Shown one piece after another: positions 56,805 through 60,852 of a stretch of DNA of 60,852 bases. The stretch spans positions 1 to 60,852 of the forward strand of contig CAZAFA010000004.1 of the NCBI GenBank assembly GCA_964484655.1. Reading direction: 5' to 3'. The position numbers were made by a program, and so were the translations under genes. This DNA is from an uncultured Candidatus Saccharibacteria bacterium. GTDB lineage: Bacteria; Patescibacteriota; Minisyncoccia; UBA6257; 2-01-FULL-56-20. Under the pieces are notes generated by a model, which worked only from the letters and a program-made list of their open reading frames with translations, did not search any database and was not told the DNA's origin. Numbering within the stretch: position 1 is the stretch's first letter; every line of letters starts with the position of its first letter.

Positions 56805-57455
56805 ATGCTCGCCGGCCTGATCCTCGACGCCCTCTTCCCGGACGCGTGCCTCGCCTGCCTGGCGCCGCGCGAGCCGGGACAGCGGCACGACCTCGCCTGC
56901 GACGACTGCCTGCGCGGCGTCGTCCTTCCCGGATCCTTCTCCTGCGCCTCGTGCGATGCGCCTGCCGCCGTGCGGCCGGTATGCCATCCCGACGCGCCTT
57001 CGTCGCTCGTGCTCGGCGCTCCGGGAAGCCGCGTCGTCGGCTCGCTGGCTGACGCGCTCCTCTACGAGGGCATGGAACGCGCCGCCGCGCCGCTCGCGGA
57101 GCTGCTCGCCGGGGCGGCGATCAACGCCGGCCTGCCGCTGCACCGGAGCTTCGCCGCGCCTGTCCCGACGCTTCCCGCCGAGCTGCGGGAGCGCGGCTAC
57201 GACGCGAACCTCGCGCTCGCTTCGGGATGCGCCCGCATGCTCGGCATGCCGCTCGCGCCGCACCTGCTCTGCGTGACGCGCCGGTCGGGCATGAACGCAT
57301 ACGGCATCGGGGACCCGGGCGAGGCGGCCAGCGGCGACCGCGTCATCCTCGTCGGCGCGCAGGTTCCGGGCGAGGCGGCCCTGCATCGCTGTGCGCGGCT
57401 TATCCGCGCCGCTTGCCCGCATGCGACGCCGCTCGTGTTCGCCTGCAGCGGATAA
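56805..57455 (+). CDS. ComF-like double zinc-ribbon protein with a degenerate PRTase domain
   Basis: LFPDACLAC..CDDC..CASC; ERGYD resembles ComF RGFNQ; PRPP motif not canonical; TACCCT 6 nt before the ATG. Confidence 0.72.
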   Translation: MLAGLILDALFPDACLACLAPREPGQRHDLACDDCLRGVVLPGSFSCASCDAPAAVRPVCHPDAPSSLVLGAPGSRVVGSLADALLYEGMERAAAPLAELLAGAAINAGLPLHRSFAAPVPTLPAELRERGYDANLALASGCARMLGMPLAPHLLCVTRRSGMNAYGIGDPGEAASGDRVILVGAQVPGEAALHRCARLIRAACPHATPLVFACSG

Positions 57456-57485
57456 GACCGCATCCGCGCGTGGTACACTGTATCC

Positions 57486-57956
57486 GTGGAGAAGTTCTCT
57501 ATCAGCTGGCACGCGCCCGAGTACGAGCACCGGCCGAAGGACTCCGTATGGTTCTGGGTGTCGATCGCCGTCGCCGTCGGCCTCGTCATCTTCGCGGCCT
57601 TCCAGCGCAACCCCCTCTTCGCCCTATTCGTCATCATCGCGGAGGTCCTCATCATCGTATGGGGCAGCCGGCAACCCGGCGAGTTGCACGTGGTCGCCGA
57701 CCAGACCGGCTTCCATATCGGCACGCACCGCTTCTATCCGCGGAGCCATGTCGACGCCTTCAGCTTCCTCGAGCACCATCACACGGACTGGCAGGACCTG
57801 GTCATCCTCCTGGACCGGCGCTACATCCCGACGATCTCGGTTCGTGTGCCCGGCCATATCGTCCCCGAGCTCCGGGCACATCTTTCCAAGCTCTACCCGG
57901 AGTACGACCACCAGGAATCCTTCGTGGAGATCCTCGAACGCTACTTCTGGTTCTGA
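57486..57956 (+). CDS. Conserved hypothetical membrane protein (two TMs plus a PH-like domain)
   Basis: ISWHAPEYEHRPK..WFW motif; TACACT 6 nt before the GTG. Confidence 0.75.
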   Translation: MEKFSISWHAPEYEHRPKDSVWFWVSIAVAVGLVIFAAFQRNPLFALFVIIAEVLIIVWGSRQPGELHVVADQTGFHIGTHRFYPRSHVDAFSFLEHHHTDWQDLVILLDRRYIPTISVRVPGHIVPELRAHLSKLYPEYDHQESFVEILERYFWF

Positions 57957-57957
57957 C

Positions 57958-57992
57958 AAAGGAAAGGAGCGCCGACGGCGCTCCTTTCCTTT
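57958..57992. terminator. Bidirectional terminator
   Basis: AAAGGAAAGGAGCGCC-GAC-GGCGCTCCTTTCCTTT; perfect 16-bp inverted repeat between convergent genes. Confidence 0.8.
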
Positions 57993-58005
57993 CTGCTCGA
58001 ACTTC

Positions 58006-58797
58006 CTACTTACCAGCTGCGGGCGCGGGGGTCGCCGCCTGCAGCTTCGCGTTAGCACCGAGGAGGATCTTATATGCCTGCGAGAGTCCGTCCATGCCCG
58101 CCTTCTGGGATGCGGTGATCGCCTCCTGGGCGGTGGCGGGGTTGTCCCTCAGCTGCGTAAGCGACTCGTTCAGCCGATCCTTCGAATCCTTGATGAGCGC
58201 GGCGGCCTGAGCCACCTCCTCGCGGACCGGAGCCGCGGCTTCGGCATCGGCGAGCGCGTCCAGGCCGGCATTGAGCTGCACGACGCGGTCGCTGGCGCTG
58301 TCGGCGAGGTCGAGATTGCGCCCGACGATCACCAGCTGCGCCGCCTCCCACGCCAGCGGATTGTACGTCTCAACGCGCCAGGCCTTCAGCGTCTGCGCGA
58401 CCTCCTTGGTCGAGGAGACGGTAGCCAGATTCGCGGCATCCCGGCTCTGCTTGGCAGCGAAGCTCGCGGCCTCGCGCAGGCCTGATTCATACCGGCGCTT
58501 CAGGCTCAGGGCCGTGCGGGAATCAGAACCGATCGCGGCCACGGTCTCGGCGAACGCGCTCGCCTCGCGCGCGTTGCAATCCATCGAGCGGACGAGGATC
58601 TGCTTGCGCAGGTCCAGCTCGGTGTCGGCCGAGGTCGTCGTCCCGTCCTGCTTGACGGTGGCAAGCTGCTTGAGGAGCCCGTCGAGGTCGCAGTTAGCGA
58701 CGCCGTCCTTGGGCGCGACCGCGCTCGCCGGCATGGCCGCGCTAGCGAGCGCGACCGTGAGGCCGAGGAGGAGAGCAAGGAGGCGGTGGATCTTCAT
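58006..58797 (-). CDS. Secreted all-helical hypothetical protein
   Basis: Signal peptide (ASA); Ala/Leu-rich helices; two Cys. Confidence 0.7.
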   Translation of the reverse strand: MKIHRLLALLLGLTVALASAAMPASAVAPKDGVANCDLDGLLKQLATVKQDGTTTSADTELDLRKQILVRSMDCNAREASAFAETVAAIGSDSRTALSLKRRYESGLREAASFAAKQSRDAANLATVSSTKEVAQTLKAWRVETYNPLAWEAAQLVIVGRNLDLADSASDRVVQLNAGLDALADAEAAAPVREEVAQAAALIKDSKDRLNESLTQLRDNPATAQEAITASQKAGMDGLSQAYKILLGANAKLQAATPAPAAGK

Positions 58798-58799
58798 GG

Positions 58800-59237
58800 C
58801 TATTCGGAAAGGGCGTCGAGCGCGGCGTCGACCGCCGGATCAGCGGCCGCTCCTGCGGCGCTCTTCGCGGCGTTGGCGGCCGCAGGGCTGATGCGGCGGT
58901 CCTGGGCGGAGGCGACGACGATCTGGTTCTGCACCTCAGCGAGGGCGAGCTGAGAATCGACCGCCTTGGCCTCCGCGGCGAGCGCCTGCTGGTTGATATC
59001 GCTGCCCACGCTCTGCTCCGAAAGCGTCAGGCGCACGAGCGAGAGGCCGCCGGCGAAGGCAAGCGTCGCCATGGCCGCGACGCCTGCTCCGCGGAACAAG
59101 GTCGCGAGCGTCAGGCGCGGCGCCGCCTGCCGCTGACCGGACGCGAGCACCGCGGAACGCGACCAAGAGGCGTAGGCCTCGTCAGAGGCGATACGCTTCA
59201 TGCTGCGGAGTGTCTTCGTGAGATTCTGCGTGGTCAT
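58800..59237 (-). CDS. Putative anti-sigma factor (single TM)
   Basis: ATGA-coupled to the ECF sigma gene; basic cytoplasmic N-terminus, one TM, short helical C-terminus. Confidence 0.55.
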   Translation of the reverse strand: MTTQNLTKTLRSMKRIASDEAYASWSRSAVLASGQRQAAPRLTLATLFRGAGVAAMATLAFAGGLSLVRLTLSEQSVGSDINQQALAAEAKAVDSQLALAEVQNQIVVASAQDRRISPAAANAAKSAAGAAADPAVDAALDALSE

Positions 59238-59788
59238 GCGGTGTGCGATGGCTCGGAGCCATCGAGGAGCGCGCGGAGGCTGCGGAGCGCGCGGTGCTGG
59301 AGCACCTTGGTCGCGCCCACGCTTCGATCGAGGGCCTGTGCGGCTTCCTCGAGCGTGCGCTCTTCGATGAACCTGAGGATGATGACGTCCTGGTAGTCGG
59401 TGCGGAGCTCGAGCATCGCCGCGCGCACGCGCGCGACGTCAGCCTTGAGATCCAGCTCTTCGGCCGTGTCGTCCTCCATCAGGAGGAGCGGCTCGACCTC
59501 GTCCAGGTCCGTGTGCTCGCGATGAGCACGGTAGAAATCAACGATCTGGTTGCGAGCGATGCGGTAGAGCCAGCTCGAGAACGGGAATCCCCTGCCCTCG
59601 TACGTGCCGACGCTCTGCCACGCCCGCAGGAATACCTGATGGGTGATGTCCTCGGCATCCTCACGACGGCCTACCTTGAGCGCCACGAACCGGTATATGG
59701 CCGGCTGGTAGCGGTCGTAGAGGACGCCAAATGCCGAGGCATCGCCCGCGATGGCACCTAATACGATTTTGTCTTCGCCATCTATCAT
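59234..59788 (-). CDS. ECF RNA polymerase sigma factor
   Basis: AFGVLYDRY, DAEDITHQVF, FSSWLYRIARN, region 4 VGATKVLQHRAL. Confidence 0.93.
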   Translation of the reverse strand: MIDGEDKIVLGAIAGDASAFGVLYDRYQPAIYRFVALKVGRREDAEDITHQVFLRAWQSVGTYEGRGFPFSSWLYRIARNQIVDFYRAHREHTDLDEVEPLLLMEDDTAEELDLKADVARVRAAMLELRTDYQDVIILRFIEERTLEEAAQALDRSVGATKVLQHRALRSLRALLDGSEPSHTA

Positions 59789-59792
59789 CTAG

Positions 59793-59819
59793 AACGATAT
59801 CGCGGCTTCCGAGGTTACA
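59793..59819 (-). promoter_or_regulatory. Putative ECF-type autoregulatory promoter
   Basis: TGTAACC-16 nt-CGTT, ending 4 nt before the sigma ATG. Confidence 0.55.
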
Positions 59820-59839
59820 GCTCCTCGGGCCTGATCCTG

Positions 59840-59910
59840 AGCGGGTAAGGGGAATCGAACCCCTGTCCTAACCATGGCAAGGTTATGTATTACCACTATA
59901 CGATACCCGC
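59840..59910 (-). tRNA. tRNA-Gly(GCC)
   Basis: Acceptor GCGGGTA/TACCCGC-T; anticodon arm TAACC-TTGCCAT-GGTTA; TTCGATT. Confidence 0.95.
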
Positions 59911-59970
59911 ATTTCAACCGGGTTTGCCGGCGAAGGCCATTGTAGCGCACGACCCCGACTCGGCAAGGCG

Positions 59971-60219
59971 CTATTCCTCCGGCGGCGGTCCGCTCGGACC
60001 TTTCACCGACGGCTGACCGGTCGGTCCCTGGAAGCCTGCAGGAACCTGCACGGGCTGCAACGGACGTCCGACCTGACCTGCCTGCGCGGGGACTACCTGC
60101 TGGCGCTCGACCCGGGAACGGAAATGTTCCGGCAGAAAGGGGCGTCCGAAGAATGAGCCGACCGCGAGGGCGGCGAGCAAGCCGACCGAGACGAATAGGG
60201 CGAGGATGGCTGTTCTCAT
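59971..60219 (-). CDS. Small exported or membrane Pro/Gln-rich protein
   Basis: Hydrophobic N-terminus MRTAILALFVSVGLLAALAVG; starts 4 nt after tRNA-Arg. Confidence 0.6.
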   Translation of the reverse strand: MRTAILALFVSVGLLAALAVGSFFGRPFLPEHFRSRVERQQVVPAQAGQVGRPLQPVQVPAGFQGPTGQPSVKGPSGPPPEE

Positions 60220-60223
60220 TGTG

Positions 60224-60295
60224 TGCCCCCGTGAGGATTCGAACCTCAATTACCAGATCCGCAATCTAGCGTCCTATCCATTGAACGACAGGGGC
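60224..60295 (-). tRNA. tRNA-Arg(GCG)
   Basis: Acceptor GCCCCTG/CGGGGGC-A; anticodon arm CTAGA-TTGCGGA-TCTGG; TTCGAAT. Confidence 0.93.
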
Positions 60296-60333
60296 GAGCG
60301 AGCGCATTCTAGCTCGGTTTCTCGCTAATACGC

Positions 60334-60357
60334 AAAAGCCGCCCGGATAGAGGCGGC
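60334..60357 (-). terminator. Terminator of hup
   Basis: Minus strand GCCGCC-TCTATCCG-GGCGGC-TTTT. Confidence 0.7.
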
Positions 60358-60378
60358 CTCCGCGTTGTCGGCAATCCG

Positions 60379-60654
60379 TTACTGGACCGCTTCCTTGAGC
60401 TGCTTGGCAGCGCGGAACTTCGGCTTGGTGGACGCCGCAATCTGGATAGTCTCGCCCGTCTTCGGGTTGCGGCCCTGGCGCGCAGCGCGCTTGGCAACCT
60501 TGAACGAGCCGAAACCGGCGATCGCGACCTCGCCGCCGCGTGCGAGCTCCTGCGTGATCGCGTCGAAGATCGCGTCGACGATACGGGTCGCCTGCGCCTT
60601 CACCTCGATCTCGCCTGCGCTCATGACGACCGGAACCAGGTCTGTCTTCTTCAT
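60379..60654 (-). CDS. hup: DNA-binding protein HU
   Basis: GFGSF, RQGRNPKTGE, KPKFRAAKQLKEAV. Confidence 0.96.
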   Translation of the reverse strand: MKKTDLVPVVMSAGEIEVKAQATRIVDAIFDAITQELARGGEVAIAGFGSFKVAKRAARQGRNPKTGETIQIAASTKPKFRAAKQLKEAVQ

Positions 60655-60758
60655 GGGTAGTAGGGATGTCGTATGGATACCGACCTTTTGAATACGAGGT
60701 AATGATACAGGAAACCCTTGTAAATACTAGCTTTCGGCAAGCCCCCTGCCGGAATAGC

Positions 60759-60784
60759 AAGGCCCCCGCGTGAGCGGGGGCCTT
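60759..60784. terminator. Hairpin downstream of the truncated last gene
   Basis: AAGGCCCCCGC-GTGA-GCGGGGGCCTT; 11-bp stem. Confidence 0.6.
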
Positions 60785-60819
60785 CCACATTGCTTCCCTA
60801 AGCGAGATCGCTCTCGGTC

Positions 60820-60852
60820 TTAGTTGGCGATGTAGATCGCGCTGGTCCGGAA
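60820..60852 (-). CDS. Probable 3' end of a gene cut by the window edge
   Basis: Open frame FRTSAIYIAN-TAA followed by the 60759 hairpin; too short to identify. Confidence 0.3.
   Translation of the reverse strand, partial: FRTSAIYIAN

Overview
High-GC, gene-dense chromosomal segment read in genetic code 11. The gene content points to a Patescibacteria (CPR, probably Parcubacteria) genome; this is inference from the PilQ-less type IV pilus locus, split transketolase, many small membrane-anchored or secreted hypotheticals and no biosynthetic pathways. Left to right: MFS transporter; an ApbE flavinylation module (RnfD-like/FNR fusion, ApbE, FMN-binding protein); tRNA-Ala and tRNA-Ser with accessory genes (deaminase, P-loop-CYTH fusion, tandem beta-helix protein); sodA, P-type ATPase, HtrA, leuS, tatD, metG, rplY; a gap / rpiB-rpe-tkt-tkt-pfkB-fba sugar-phosphate cluster; two repeat-built surface proteins flanking tRNA-Asp; ligA; an 18-kb type IV pilus locus; an ECF sigma module; tRNA-Gly, tRNA-Arg(GCG) and HU. 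I saw no CRISPR array, transposase, integrase or rRNA. Best candidate for an undescribed system: a two-gene cassette (own promoter, small membrane-anchored protein, 830-920 aa Ig-repeat adhesin-like protein) present twice inside the pilus locus, next to two tandem pilins with 100%-identical DNA blocks around a divergent core. Other strong signals: 24 genes with a TAnnnT -10 box 5-7 nt before the start codon (leaderless mRNAs), two or three promoter-plus-terminator intergenic units that look like sRNAs, and TAG as the most common stop codon. All family assignments come from motif recognition by eye; no database search was run, and counts are hand counts.
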